NCBI GenBank assembly: GCA_036402955.1 | Contig: DASWRX010000371.1 | Span: 5,204-69,203 of the forward strand | Reading direction: 5' to 3' | Source of the DNA: Thermoanaerobaculia bacterium | GTDB taxonomy: Bacteria > Acidobacteriota > Thermoanaerobaculia > Multivoradales > UBA5704 | Length of the DNA: 64,000 nucleotides | Part shown: piece by piece, positions 18,487-28,276 of the stretch | Numbering within the stretch: the stretch's first letter is position 1 | How the letters are laid out: the number at the start of each line of letters is the position of its first letter | Made by a program: the position numbers and the translations under genes | The notes under the pieces: generated by a model | What the model was told of the DNA's origin: nothing | Databases searched by the model: none | Seen by the model: only the letters and a program-made list of their open reading frames with translations

Positions 18487-20583
18487 GATCGTCGAGTCCG
18501 GCAGGAACTCGTAGACCCGGTTCGTGAGGTCCGAGTAGCGGAGCGCGAAGAGCTGCGGCAGCGAGTCGGCCCATTGCTTCTCGATCGAGAAGTCGAACTG
18601 CGGATAGCGGCTCAGGTGGACCCAGCGGATGCGCTGCTTGGCCAGGTTCGTCACCCAGGCCTGGGGCAAGGGGTCGACCCGGGGCTGGCACAGCGGGTAC
18701 TCGACGGCGTTGTGGTGATCGGCCTGGTTGATGTTGACGTAGCGGGAGGCCCGCTCCAGGCGCGGCCCCATGGCCGGGTACTGGAAGTAGTTGTTGGGCG
18801 AGTGGACGGATGCCACGGCGCCGTCGCCGCCGTGCTCGTCGAGCCATCCCCAGCCGCCGGAGAACATGCGGGTCGAGGTCATGTGGACCGAGAACTCCTC
18901 GGCGAACGCCCGGTCGCGGTCGCGCACGCGGAAGGCGGTGAGGAAGGGGGCCCCCAGCAGCGCCAGGCCGATGGCGGCCGCCGCGGCCTCGCGCCAGCGG
19001 CGGCGGAGCAGCGCCCGCAGGGCCGGGGAGAGGGCCAGGGGCACGGCGGCGAGGTCCAGGAGCGCGATCGTGAGCCGCACGCCGTGCGACATCTCGGCAT
19101 GGAGCTGCAGGAGCCCCTGGACCAGGAAGGCGAGGGTGATCCCCTCCATCCAGCGGTCGCGCACCCCTCGGCGCTCGCCTAGCGCGACGCCGCCCGCGAA
19201 GGCGATGCCCAGCGCCGGCACGAGATAGCGGACGTTGGCGAACACGTGCATGTTCTTGGCGAACGGGACGGCCAGCCAGAAGGCGAGCTCGGCCCAGATC
19301 TGCGCGCTCGCGATCAGCGCCTCCCACCGCCGCTCGCGGCCGAGGCCGAACGGCAGGACGAGCGCCGCGAGCAGCATCGCGAAGGCCTGTGGCCCCACCC
19401 CCAGCTCGAGCTCCGCCGGCCGCGTGATCCCCAGAAAGGCGTCGACCAGCCAGTCGTTCTGGACCATCGGCCGCCAGAGGTCGATCACCGAGTTCTTGCG
19501 TGGGATGGTCGGGACGTTGGCGTTCTCCGGACCGCTCGCCGTCCGCTCGCAGACCAGGGCGAGCGGCTCGGCTCCCCAGGCGACGTTGCGGAGATAGAAG
19601 AAGCCTCCCAGCAGGCCTGCCACGACGAGCGCCGCGACGAGCTGCGGCACGCGGCGGCTCCAGCTCCCGCGGGCCAAGGGCACGGCGGATCCGGCCAGCG
19701 CCACGGCATAGAAGATCCCCAGCACCTTGGCGCCCGCCGCCAGACCGAGGCCGGCGCCGGCGAGGAGCGCGCACCCCCAGTCCGCCTCGTCGATCCAGCG
19801 CAGGGCGAAGAAGAGGGCCGACAGGAGGACCGCGCCGACAAAGATGTCCACGTACTGGGCGGTGGCGAAGCGTACCACCGTCGGCGTCAGCAGGATCAGG
19901 AACGAGGCGAGCGGCCAGCGCCGACCCGCGCCGAGCCGGCGGGCGATGCCCCCCGTCGCCAGTCCCAGCAGGAGCCAGTGGGGGAGTGACGCGAGATTGA
20001 TCCAGAACTCGCTGTGCGACGGCGCCATCCACCACCAGAACCAGACGGACCCGTTGGCCGGCACGTAGCCGTAATAGTTGTTGGGGATGTTGCCGAAGAC
20101 GGGGTTGAGATTGTGGTCGCGCAGCCAGGTCCCGGTGAGCAGCAGGTGGTACATCAGGCTGTCCCAGGAGAGGGGCGGCCGGATCAGGCCCCGGATCGTC
20201 TCGCTGCCCACCGCGTGCAGGGTGACCAGCGAGAGCGCGGGATGCTCGCGGACGATCGCCCAGGAGCGCTCGAGCATGGCGCGCGCCGGCCCGCCGATGC
20301 CGCCCGGAGGTGGTGACCTGCGGAAGCCGACCAGCAGGGCGAGCGCCAGCGCCGCCTGGAGCGCCAGAGCGAGGTCGAAGCGCAGCAGCCCGAGCCCGCC
20401 CAGCAGCAGTCCGATCCCTACCGCCTCGGTGGTGGCGAGCAGCAGCGTCGCGATGGCGAGCGCCAGCGGATCGCGGGCGGCCTCCCCGCCCAGCAGGCGC
20501 AGGGCCGCCAGGTATCCCCCCAGGGCGAGGAAGCCGATCGCGATGAGCGTCAGGCCGGCGCCCAGGAGATCGATCAGAAACAT
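18481..20583 (-). CDS. Glycosyltransferase family 39/83-like integral membrane protein (ArnT/PMT-like), 700 aa
   Basis: Long polytopic membrane protein whose N-terminal region resembles dolichyl-phosphate-mannose-type / 4-amino-arabinose transferases. Confidence 0.6.
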   Translation of the reverse strand: MFLIDLLGAGLTLIAIGFLALGGYLAALRLLGGEAARDPLALAIATLLLATTEAVGIGLLLGGLGLLRFDLALALQAALALALLVGFRRSPPPGGIGGPARAMLERSWAIVREHPALSLVTLHAVGSETIRGLIRPPLSWDSLMYHLLLTGTWLRDHNLNPVFGNIPNNYYGYVPANGSVWFWWWMAPSHSEFWINLASLPHWLLLGLATGGIARRLGAGRRWPLASFLILLTPTVVRFATAQYVDIFVGAVLLSALFFALRWIDEADWGCALLAGAGLGLAAGAKVLGIFYAVALAGSAVPLARGSWSRRVPQLVAALVVAGLLGGFFYLRNVAWGAEPLALVCERTASGPENANVPTIPRKNSVIDLWRPMVQNDWLVDAFLGITRPAELELGVGPQAFAMLLAALVLPFGLGRERRWEALIASAQIWAELAFWLAVPFAKNMHVFANVRYLVPALGIAFAGGVALGERRGVRDRWMEGITLAFLVQGLLQLHAEMSHGVRLTIALLDLAAVPLALSPALRALLRRRWREAAAAAIGLALLGAPFLTAFRVRDRDRAFAEEFSVHMTSTRMFSGGWGWLDEHGGDGAVASVHSPNNYFQYPAMGPRLERASRYVNINQADHHNAVEYPLCQPRVDPLPQAWVTNLAKQRIRWVHLSRYPQFDFSIEKQWADSLPQLFALRYSDLTNRVYEFLPDSTIP

Positions 20584-20615
20584 GGGCGGGAATTGTTAGC
20601 ACAGGCGGCGGGCCG

Positions 20616-21299
20616 GTGCTAGCATCCCCGCCCGTGCACGAGCCGGCCTACTTCGACCGCGAGTATTTCCAGCTTCATCCGGGCAAGGTCAAGTACCTCG
20701 ACTACCTGGTGGGACTCCTGCGCGCGCACGGGGTCCCGGCCGGCCGGGTGCTCGACGTGGGCGCCGGCTTCGGCTTCCTCATGGAGGCGCTGGAGAAGGC
20801 GGGCTACGAGACGGCGGGCCTGGAGATCGCCGCCCATGCCGCGGAGCAGGCGCGCCGGCGGGTCCGGGGCCCGGTGATCCAGCAGGGGGCCGAGGAGCCC
20901 TTCCCCTTCCCGGACGAGGCGTTCGAGGCCGTGGCCCTGCTGGACGTCATCGAGCACGTCCAGGACTACGGCCGGGCGCTGGCGAGCTGCCGCCGCTGCC
21001 TGAAACCCGGCGGCAAGCTGTTCGTCATCACCCTCAACGCCCACAGCCTCGCCCGGCCGCTCCTCGGCAAGCGATGGGCCTGGCACCAGGACCCCACCCA
21101 CATCCACATGTTCACCCCCCGCATGATGCGGGAGGGTCTCGTCCGGGCGGGGCTGGAGGTCGAGACCCTGATCACCGAGTCGAACTTCTGCTCGGTCGGC
21201 GAGGGGACGAGGTTTCTGAAGCCGCTGCGGGTGATCGGGCGGGTGGTGCACACCCCGGCCTTCGGGGATTCCCTGCTGGCGGTGGCACGGAAGGGCTGA
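20616..21299 (+). CDS. Class I SAM-dependent methyltransferase
   Basis: VLDVGAGFGFLMEAL (motif I), ...LLDVIEHV and LKPGGKLFV. Confidence 0.8.
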   Translation: MLASPPVHEPAYFDREYFQLHPGKVKYLDYLVGLLRAHGVPAGRVLDVGAGFGFLMEALEKAGYETAGLEIAAHAAEQARRRVRGPVIQQGAEEPFPFPDEAFEAVALLDVIEHVQDYGRALASCRRCLKPGGKLFVITLNAHSLARPLLGKRWAWHQDPTHIHMFTPRMMREGLVRAGLEVETLITESNFCSVGEGTRFLKPLRVIGRVVHTPAFGDSLLAVARKG

Positions 21300-21300
21300 G

Positions 21301-22329
21301 CTAGCTCCCTTTTTTCGGCAACTCCCCCGAGATCAGCCCCAGCGTCGTCTCCACCACCGCCGCGAGCGGCGTGGCGTCCGCCAGGCCGCGACCGGCCAGG
21401 GCGAAGGCGGTGCCGTGATCGACCGAGGTGCGCAGGAAGGGGAGGCCGAGCGTCCAGTTGGTCGCCGTGCCGAAGGAGGCGGTCTTCACCGCGATCAGCC
21501 CCTGGTCGTGGTAGAGGGCGAGCACCCAGTCGAACTCGCCGCGGCGGGCGCGCGCGAAGAGCGAGTCGGCGCTCTCGGGACCATGGACGTCGAGGCCGCG
21601 GTCACGGGCCGCCAGCACGGCGGGAGCCAGGATCTCGCCGTCCTCCCGTCCCAGAAGCCCGCCCTCGCCCGCGTGGGGGTTCAGACCGGCGAGGGCGATC
21701 CTGCCGCCGGCGTGGCGGCCCAGACAGTCCAGCGCCTCGGCGACGGCCCGGGGCGTTATCCCGTCCAGGGCCTCGCGCAGGGGGAGATGGACGTTGAGCA
21801 GCGCCACCTGGAGCTCGGGGGCCAGGAAGGCCATCAGGTAGTCGCGGCCGTAGCGCTCGAGGCCGCAGGTCTCGGCCAGGTAGTCGGTGTGCCCCACGAA
21901 GCCGGGGAGGTGCTGGCGGGCGATCGACTCCTTGCTGACCGGCGCCGTCACCAGCGCGTCCGCGGCGCCGGAGCGGACCAGGGCGATGCCGGCGTCGAGG
22001 GCGGCCATGGCGCCGGCGGCGTCGGCCGGACCGGAGTGGCCGAAAGAGATCGCGCGGCGGCCGCCGACGGGGTCGAGCACGGGGATGCCGCCGGAGCGCG
22101 CGTCGAGGTCCCCGCGCGCCGGCGGCGCGTCGAGCCAGACCAGGCGGTCCCAGGGAAAGTCGGGGAGGGCCGGACGGAGGGCCTCCACCGCTGAGCGCTC
22201 GGCCACCAGGAGCGGCTGCCAGGCCGCGGGCTCGGGATCGGCGTGGAGGAGCTTCAGGAGGATCTCGGGGCCGATGCCCGCGGGATCCCCCTGGGTGAGG
22301 GCGAGGATGGGACGGGACGGGGAGCTCAC
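21301..22329 (-). CDS. pdxA: 4-hydroxythreonine-4-phosphate dehydrogenase PdxA
   Basis: ILALTQGDPAGIGPEI N-terminus plus HTDYLAE, NPHAGEGG and DHGTAFALAGRG. GTG start at 22329 overlaps the upstream stop (GTGA). Confidence 0.85.
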   Translation of the reverse strand: MSSPSRPILALTQGDPAGIGPEILLKLLHADPEPAAWQPLLVAERSAVEALRPALPDFPWDRLVWLDAPPARGDLDARSGGIPVLDPVGGRRAISFGHSGPADAAGAMAALDAGIALVRSGAADALVTAPVSKESIARQHLPGFVGHTDYLAETCGLERYGRDYLMAFLAPELQVALLNVHLPLREALDGITPRAVAEALDCLGRHAGGRIALAGLNPHAGEGGLLGREDGEILAPAVLAARDRGLDVHGPESADSLFARARRGEFDWVLALYHDQGLIAVKTASFGTATNWTLGLPFLRTSVDHGTAFALAGRGLADATPLAAVVETTLGLISGELPKKGS

Positions 22330-22685
22330 CGCTCGAAGTCGCTGCTCTCGCGTTTGCCGGGACCCCGCCGCTGCTGCTTCAGCTCCTCTTCCTTGAACAT
22401 GTAGCGGATCACGTGCTTCTGGATCAGGAGATTGGGGCCGGCGGTGCGGTTCAGCTTGAGCGCTCCCTTGTCGTACCACTCGATCCACCCGCGCAGCTCC
22501 TCGCCGTCGGTGAGGATCAACACCATCGGCGTCTTCGCCGCCATCTGCTTGAGGTAGTAGAACTCCTCGGCGTTGGTCTGCTCGGGCGGAGTCTGCTTGC
22601 GGCGGACGCTGCGCGCGGGGAGCTCCTTCTTGAGCTCGTTCATGTCCGGGCGGATCAGTTTGCGGTTCGCCATTTTGGGTTCCAT
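22326..22685 (-). CDS. Hfq-like (Sm-fold) RNA-binding protein with N-terminal extension
   Basis: FYYLKQMAAKTPMVLILTDGEELRGWIEWYDKGALKL...IQKHVIRYM aligns with the Hfq Sm1/Sm2 motifs ([36 protein letters not shown]...YKHAISTV). It is embedded in a wrong-frame ORF in the track. An alternative start lies at 22673. Confidence 0.55.
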   Translation of the reverse strand: MEPKMANRKLIRPDMNELKKELPARSVRRKQTPPEQTNAEEFYYLKQMAAKTPMVLILTDGEELRGWIEWYDKGALKLNRTAGPNLLIQKHVIRYMFKEEELKQQRRGPGKRESSDFER

Positions 22686-22699
22686 GGATGCATGAAGCC

Positions 22700-23431
22700 T
22701 TAAGCCGTCACTGGTACCGCAGACCGATTGTCCGGGTTCCCTTTCTTGTAGCCCTCGTCCTCGTACGCCAGGCAGCAGAGCAGGCGGCCGCACTGACCGG
22801 AGATCTTGGACGGGTTGAGGCTCAGGTTCTGGCGCTTGGCCATCTGGATGGAGATCGGCCGGAAGTCCTTGAGCCAGGTCGAGCAGCAGAGCGTGCGGCC
22901 GCAGATGCCGATGCCGCCGACCAGGCCGGCCTCGTCGCGCGCCCCCACCTGCACCATCTTCACCCGCACCGAGAACCGGCTCGACAGGTCGCGCACCAGT
23001 TGCCGGAAGTCCACCCGGCCCTCGGAGGTGAAGTAAAAAGTCGCCTTCTTGCCGCTCAGGGAGAAGTCGACCAGGGAGATCTTCATGTCCAGGCCGAGCG
23101 CGCGCGACCGCTCCTGGGCGAACAGCTTGCCGCTCATCTCGTTCTGGCGCTGACGGTCGAACGCCGCGAGGTCGGCCTCGTCGGCCGGCCGCAGCACCGG
23201 CCGGGCGCTCGACTTCTGGCACGGCTTGAAGACCGGCATCGGCGACTGCTCCACGTGGCCGAGCGCCGGGCCCGACTCGAGATCCACCACCACCTTCTCC
23301 CCCCTGGCGTAGATACGCCCCTCCGTGCCACAGAGCGTCAGATTCGTCTCTTCTCTGAAACGCACGCCCACGAAGGTGTTCTCGACCGCCGTCGACATGC
23401 CCTTGAAAGCACAACCGCTACATCCAGACAT
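22700..23431 (-). CDS. PSP1 domain protein (RicT/YaaT-like)
   Basis: The C-terminal GQCGRLLCCLAYED motif and the GICGRTLCC Cys pattern are typical of PSP1/YaaT. Start taken at the MSGCSGCAF ATG. Confidence 0.7.
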   Translation of the reverse strand: MSGCSGCAFKGMSTAVENTFVGVRFREETNLTLCGTEGRIYARGEKVVVDLESGPALGHVEQSPMPVFKPCQKSSARPVLRPADEADLAAFDRQRQNEMSGKLFAQERSRALGLDMKISLVDFSLSGKKATFYFTSEGRVDFRQLVRDLSSRFSVRVKMVQVGARDEAGLVGGIGICGRTLCCSTWLKDFRPISIQMAKRQNLSLNPSKISGQCGRLLCCLAYEDEGYKKGNPDNRSAVPVTA

Positions 23432-23616
23432 TTCACTTCCCATTCCATCTTGACCAGCGGCCTGAAACCTATGCAGGAAAAATACCAGCCACTCGCGGGA
23501 GCGGTGGCGCCCGAGGTCAGGCCACTGGGAGTTTCTAAAGCTCGGGACCGCTCGGACGATTGTTGCAGCGGCGGTCCCCCGCGTCAACGACCCGCCGGGA
23601 CGGTATCACGGTCCTT

Positions 23617-24924
23617 CTAGTGGGATCGCTCGGGATCGAGCACGCGGCGGCCGATGTCGCGGCGGTAGACCTTGCCCGGCCAGTCGATCTCGGCCACGGC
23701 GGCGTAGGCCCGCTCGAGCGCGCCGTGGAGGTCGGGCGCCAGGGCGCAGACGGAGAGGACCCGCCCGCCCGCGCTCACCAGCTCGCCGTCCGGTTTTCCA
23801 TCCTCGCCGTCCGGCTGGAGAGCGGTGCCGGCGTGGAAGATCTCCACTCCTTCCAGGGCCGCGGCGCGGTCCAGCCCGCGGATCGGCTCGCCCTGGAGCG
23901 GCCGGCCGGGGTAGCCCGGGCTCGCCAGCACGACGCAGGCCGCGACCTCACGGCGGAAGGAGAGGCGGCGGGCGTCGAAGCGGCCGGCGGCCCCGGCGGC
24001 GAGCAGCGGCAGCAGGTCGTCCTCCAGCCGCAGCATCAGCACCTGCGCCTCCGGGTCGCCGAAGCGGGCGTTGAACTCCAGCACCCGCGGCCCCTCGGCG
24101 GTCAGCATCAGGCCGGCGTAGAGCACGCCCACGAACGGCCTCCCCTCGGCGGCGAGCCCCGCCACCGCCGGCCGCATCACCGTCTCCACGACCTCCGCGG
24201 CGGTCTCCGCCGACAGCCCTCCGGACGGGCTGTGGGCTCCCATGCCGCCGGTGTTGGGACCGGTGTCGCTGTCGCCGATCCGCTTGTAGTCGCGGGCGGT
24301 GGCGAGCGGCAGCACCCGCTCGCCGTCGCAGAGGGCCATGAAGGAGACCTCGTCGCCCTGGAGGAAGGCCTCGATCAGCACCCGGTCGCCGCTGGCGCCG
24401 AAGCGGCGCTCCTCGAAGAGGGTGCGGACGGCCTCGTCGAGCTCGGGAGCGTCGGCCGCGATGAGCACTCCCTTGCCGGCGGCGAGGCCGTCGGCCTTGA
24501 GCACCACGGGGAAGCCGAAGCGCGCGGCCTCGGCGCGGGCCGCGTCCGCGTCGTGGACCACGGCGAACGGCGCCGTGGGGATGCCGTGCCGCTCCATGAA
24601 CAGCTTGGAGAACACCTTGCTCCCCTCGATCTCGGCGGCGCGCTGGGTGGGACCGAAGATGGCGAGGCCGCGGTGGGCGAACTCGTCGGCGATCCCCAGC
24701 GTCAGCGGCAGCTCGGGGCCGACCACCGTCAGGTCGATCTTCATCTCGGCGGCGAAGTCCGCCAGCCGCTGGACCTCCTCCGCCGCCAGCGGTACCCGGT
24801 CGGCCAGGGCCGCGATGCCGGGGTTGCCCGGGGCGCAGTAGAGCTCGGTCAGCAATGGGCTCTGCCGCAGCTTCCAGCACAGGGCATGCTCGCGGGCGCC
24901 GTTGCCGATGACCAGGACCTTCAT
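23617..24924 (-). CDS. purD: Phosphoribosylamine--glycine ligase
   Basis: MKVLVIGNGAREHAL, an ATP-grasp region and full-length PurD similarity. Confidence 0.9.
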   Translation of the reverse strand: MKVLVIGNGAREHALCWKLRQSPLLTELYCAPGNPGIAALADRVPLAAEEVQRLADFAAEMKIDLTVVGPELPLTLGIADEFAHRGLAIFGPTQRAAEIEGSKVFSKLFMERHGIPTAPFAVVHDADAARAEAARFGFPVVLKADGLAAGKGVLIAADAPELDEAVRTLFEERRFGASGDRVLIEAFLQGDEVSFMALCDGERVLPLATARDYKRIGDSDTGPNTGGMGAHSPSGGLSAETAAEVVETVMRPAVAGLAAEGRPFVGVLYAGLMLTAEGPRVLEFNARFGDPEAQVLMLRLEDDLLPLLAAGAAGRFDARRLSFRREVAACVVLASPGYPGRPLQGEPIRGLDRAAALEGVEIFHAGTALQPDGEDGKPDGELVSAGGRVLSVCALAPDLHGALERAYAAVAEIDWPGKVYRRDIGRRVLDPERSH

Positions 24925-24954
24925 CAGGGCCGTCCTTTCATGTCCGCCTCGACT

Positions 24955-25818
24955 TCACGTCCGCCTCCGCGCGGCCGCATCGAGGGCCGTGACGGCGATC
25001 GCGTCGACGATATCCTCGGCGGAGCAGCCGCGCGACAGGTCGTTGAGCGGCCGGGCCAGCCCTTGCAGCAGGGGACCGACCGCCCGCGCGCCGCCCAGCC
25101 GCTCCGTCAGCTTGTAGGAGATGTTGCCGGCGTCGAGATCGGGGAAGATCAGCACGTTCGCCCGGCCGGCGACCGGGCTCCCCGGCGCCTTGCGGCGCGC
25201 CACCTCGGGCACCAGGGCGGCGTCCGCCTGGAGCTCGCCGTCCACCTCGAAGCCGATCCCGCGCGCGCGCAGGACCTCACGGGCCGCCCGCACCTTGTCA
25301 ACGCGAGGGTGGCGGGCGCTCCCCAGGGTGGAGAAGGAGAGCAGGGCCACCCGGGGTTCCTCGTCCAGCAGCACGCGGCAGCTCGCCGCCGCCGCCTCGG
25401 CGATGTCGGCGAGCTCCTCCGGCCGCGGATCGGGCACCACGGCGCAGTCGCTGTAGATCAGCCCGCGGCCGCCATGCTCCTCCGCCAGGACCATCAGGAA
25501 GCAGGACGATACCACCGCGAGCCCCGGGCGCGGGCCGATCGCCCGTAGCGCCGCCCGCAACGTGTCGGCGGTGGTGGCGAGCGAGCCCATCACCGCGCCG
25601 TCCGCGAGACCCGTGGCGACCCGCAGCGCCGCGTAGTGGAGGGGATCGCGGACGAGCGTCGGCGCGAGGTCCGGATCGAGACCCCGGGCAGCCAGGCGAT
25701 CCTGAAGATAGAGAGTGAGACGCGGCAGGTCGGGATCGGAGGCCGGCGCGAGGACGGGGACCGTGAGCGGCACCCCGGCCGCCTCGGCGGCGCTCTCGAC
25801 CGCCTCGCGAGAGCCCAC
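24955..25818 (-). CDS. pta: Phosphate acetyl/butyryl-transferase (Pta family); conserved N-terminus continues in frame to 25965 without a canonical start codon
   Basis: Pta family core ([52 protein letters not shown]). The reported coordinates use the first GTG. The in-frame upstream [16 protein letters not shown] is the conserved Pta N-terminal motif. Confidence 0.75.
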   Translation of the reverse strand: MGSREAVESAAEAAGVPLTVPVLAPASDPDLPRLTLYLQDRLAARGLDPDLAPTLVRDPLHYAALRVATGLADGAVMGSLATTADTLRAALRAIGPRPGLAVVSSCFLMVLAEEHGGRGLIYSDCAVVPDPRPEELADIAEAAAASCRVLLDEEPRVALLSFSTLGSARHPRVDKVRAAREVLRARGIGFEVDGELQADAALVPEVARRKAPGSPVAGRANVLIFPDLDAGNISYKLTERLGGARAVGPLLQGLARPLNDLSRGCSAEDIVDAIAVTALDAAARRRT

Positions 25819-25965
25819 CAGCGAGGCCCGGCAGAAACCGAGCGCGGTCGCGCGCTCGGCCGCGGCGACGACCCGGGGGTCCTCGCCCTCGGCCAGGACG
25901 ATCGCGGCCGGGCTCGCCTCGGCGGCGGCCCGCGCCCGCAGACGTTCGAGAGGGTTGCTCGTCGC

Positions 25966-26781
25966 CTACCCCTTGAGCACCATCGCTCCGGTCGGCTGGG
26001 GGACGCCGCCGCGCGGCTCCACGGTCACCGCCCAGGCCTGGATGCTCCGCGGGTCTCCCACGCGATCGACCCGCAGGGAGGCGGTGCCGCGCGGGTCGAC
26101 GGCGAAGGTCCCCGCCGAGACCGGCTTGCCGGCGGCGATGTACCAGAGCTGGTAGGTCTTGTCCTGCGGCAGCGGGGACAGACCGAAGGCGTAGAAGAGG
26201 GCTTCGCGGCTGCGCGGATTCACGTAGGTGCGGCCGGCGGCACCGGGGGCCGGCGCGAGGCCGGACAGGGAGACCGCCTGGACGCTCGGAGCGTCGAGCA
26301 CCTGGAGAGCCAGTTGCGCCCGCTCCGCCTCGGTCCGTGCGCGGGTCACCTCCCGGCTCAGGGTCTCCACCTGCCGCGACAGGCGGTCGCGGTCGGCGGC
26401 CAGGCGTTGCGCCTCGCGTGCCATCCGGGCTCGGCCGGCGAGGCCCCAGAGGGCGAGGCCGAGCAGGAGGACCGCCGCTGCCGCCAGCCACCAAGACGTC
26501 CGGCGCGGCGCGGCTGCCGCGGCCATCGCAGGCGTCGTGGCGGCGCCCCCGCCGCCCGCCAGGCGCAGGACGCGGGTGCGCGTCGTCTCCGACGGCTCGA
26601 CCGGCGGCACCGAGGCCGCGAGCGTCTCGAGATCCCCCTGCCAGAGGTCGAGCTGGCGGCGGCACTCGTCGCAGCCGCCGTCCAGGTGCTCCGCGAGCTC
26701 GCGCAGATCGTCGCCGTCCAGCGCGCCCAGGGCGTAGGCGGGGAGGAGCTCCTCGATCCGGGTGGAATGGGGCGTGCTCAT
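25966..26781 (-). CDS. Anti-sigma factor (zinc-finger N-terminal domain, single TM, RskA-like C-terminal domain)
   Basis: HLDGGCDECRR zinc motif, a TM helix at WWLAAAAVLLLGLALW and a periplasmic domain. Start codon overlaps the sigma-factor stop (ATGA). Confidence 0.75.
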   Translation of the reverse strand: MSTPHSTRIEELLPAYALGALDGDDLRELAEHLDGGCDECRRQLDLWQGDLETLAASVPPVEPSETTRTRVLRLAGGGGAATTPAMAAAAAPRRTSWWLAAAAVLLLGLALWGLAGRARMAREAQRLAADRDRLSRQVETLSREVTRARTEAERAQLALQVLDAPSVQAVSLSGLAPAPGAAGRTYVNPRSREALFYAFGLSPLPQDKTYQLWYIAAGKPVSAGTFAVDPRGTASLRVDRVGDPRSIQAWAVTVEPRGGVPQPTGAMVLKG

Positions 26782-27335
26782 GCGTCCGCGCTCAATGCCT
26801 GCCGTAGCTTGTTCATGCCCAGCAGAATCCGGGATTTGACGGTGCCGAGCGGCGCCGCCAGCCGCTGGGCGATCTGGGTGTGGGTGAGCCCCTCGAAAAA
26901 GGCGAGCTCGATGCAGCGCCGCTGGTCCGGCGACAGTTGTCCGAGGGCCGTGCTGACCTGGCGCTGCCGCTCGGCGCTCTCCAGCCGTTGCGTGCCGACC
27001 GGCGGGATCGCCGCTCCGGCCTCCTCGCCGGCGGCCTCCTCGCGGCGCCGCACCGAATCCCGCCGCCGCAGGCGGTCGAGAGCGCGGGAGCGGGCGAGCA
27101 TCAGGATCCAGCCGCGCGGCGTGGAGCGGGCCTCGTCGTACCGGTCGGCCTGCATCCAGACCTGGAGGAAGACCTCCTGCAGCACCTCCTCGGCCTCGCT
27201 ACGCCCGCCGAGGATCCGGTGGAGCAGTCCCAGCGTCACCGGCGAATGGACCTCGAACAGCCGCGCGAAAGCGGCGCCATCCCGGGTGGCCACCCGGACC
27301 ATGAGCTCGCGATCCTCGGTCTCCCGCTCGTCCAT
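26778..27335 (-). CDS. ECF-subfamily RNA polymerase sigma-70 factor
   Basis: ECF region 2 (FARLFEVHSPVTLGLLHRILG) and region 4 (IELAFFEGLTHTQIAQRLAAPLGTVKSRI). It is embedded in a longer wrong-frame ORF; the start is the ATG at codon 272. Confidence 0.85.
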   Translation of the reverse strand: MDERETEDRELMVRVATRDGAAFARLFEVHSPVTLGLLHRILGGRSEAEEVLQEVFLQVWMQADRYDEARSTPRGWILMLARSRALDRLRRRDSVRRREEAAGEEAGAAIPPVGTQRLESAERQRQVSTALGQLSPDQRRCIELAFFEGLTHTQIAQRLAAPLGTVKSRILLGMNKLRQALSADA

Positions 27336-27352
27336 CACGCCGATCGCGAAGG

Positions 27353-28183
27353 CTATCGCGATGGCAGGGCGAACGTCAAAGAGGCCCAGAAGCTCTCCCA
27401 GTCCGCGCCGGCATCCCTGGGCGCCGGTATCATGTGTACGGCCTTGATCAGCCAGAAGCCGGGGCGATCGAGCTTCAGAACGACCCGCCCCTGCGCGTCC
27501 GAGCGCGCCGTCACCTTGTCGGGCCGGTCGCGCTGGAGCGCCATCACCAGGGCGCCGGCGAGCGGCTTCCCCTCGTAGAGCAGGCGCACCGGCAGCTCCC
27601 CTCCGCCGGCGAGCGCGTACGGATTCTTCTCCGCCACCAGCTCGAGCCGTTGACCCAGGACCCGGTCCCATCCCGCTCCCGCTCCACCAACCCCGCCGCC
27701 CACCAGGAGCAGCGCCTTGGCGCAGCGCGAGAAGACCTCCTTCTCGCCGGCTGCGCTCTGCCCGCGGCGGGCGCGCAGCGCGCTGATCCTCTCCAGCCCC
27801 TCCTCTTTCAGATACTGCTCGAACTTGGCCGCCTCGAGAGCGACCGTGGAGCGGCCGCTGTCGTAGATGATCGTGGACAGCCCCCGGGCCTGGAACACCG
27901 GAAAGCCGGCCGGCTCCGTGTTCGGCACGCCTGGGACGGGCGCCTCGCCGCCGGCAGGCCCCATGATGACGAAGCGTTTGATCAGGCTCGGATCGCGGGG
28001 AACGGGATCGCCCTTGAGCTCCTGCCCGACCCGCAGCCGCACCGCTACCCGCTGGCCCACGGCCGGGGTGAACGTCGAAGGCTCGATCCAGAAATTGTGC
28101 GCCCGCAACGCCGGAGCCCAGAGGGCGCAGAGGGCGCAGAGAAAACACACGCGGCGGAACGACTCGAGGCGGCGGCTCATCAT
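27353..28183 (-). CDS. DUF4198 domain protein (NikM-like periplasmic/anchored component)
   Basis: Signal peptide plus HNFWIEP, characteristic of DUF4198. Confidence 0.65.
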   Translation of the reverse strand: MMSRRLESFRRVCFLCALCALWAPALRAHNFWIEPSTFTPAVGQRVAVRLRVGQELKGDPVPRDPSLIKRFVIMGPAGGEAPVPGVPNTEPAGFPVFQARGLSTIIYDSGRSTVALEAAKFEQYLKEEGLERISALRARRGQSAAGEKEVFSRCAKALLLVGGGVGGAGAGWDRVLGQRLELVAEKNPYALAGGGELPVRLLYEGKPLAGALVMALQRDRPDKVTARSDAQGRVVLKLDRPGFWLIKAVHMIPAPRDAGADWESFWASLTFALPSR

Positions 28184-28276
28184 GGACCTCTCCTGAATTC
28201 CTGAATTACCCTGAAAGACAAACCGGTGAGCGGCGGGTCACCGCTCGCCGGCAGAGGCAAGACCGGTCGGAGAAGC

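Noticed and set aside
16589-20602. 1337-aa minus-strand ORF antisense to the GT39-TPR gene and overlapping the GT39-like gene
   Set aside because: Arg/Pro/Gly-rich and no domains. The real genes are 16634..18436 (+) and 18481..20583 (-) in other frames.
25298-26665. 455-aa minus-strand ORF overlapping the pta and anti-sigma genes
   Set aside because: A wrong-frame Arg/Gly/Pro-rich artefact. The same DNA encodes Pta and the anti-sigma factor in another frame.
26778-28148. Full 456-aa extent of the track ORF containing the ECF sigma factor
   Set aside because: Only the last 185 codons are sigma-70 (start 27335). The upstream part is antisense junk over the DUF4198 gene.
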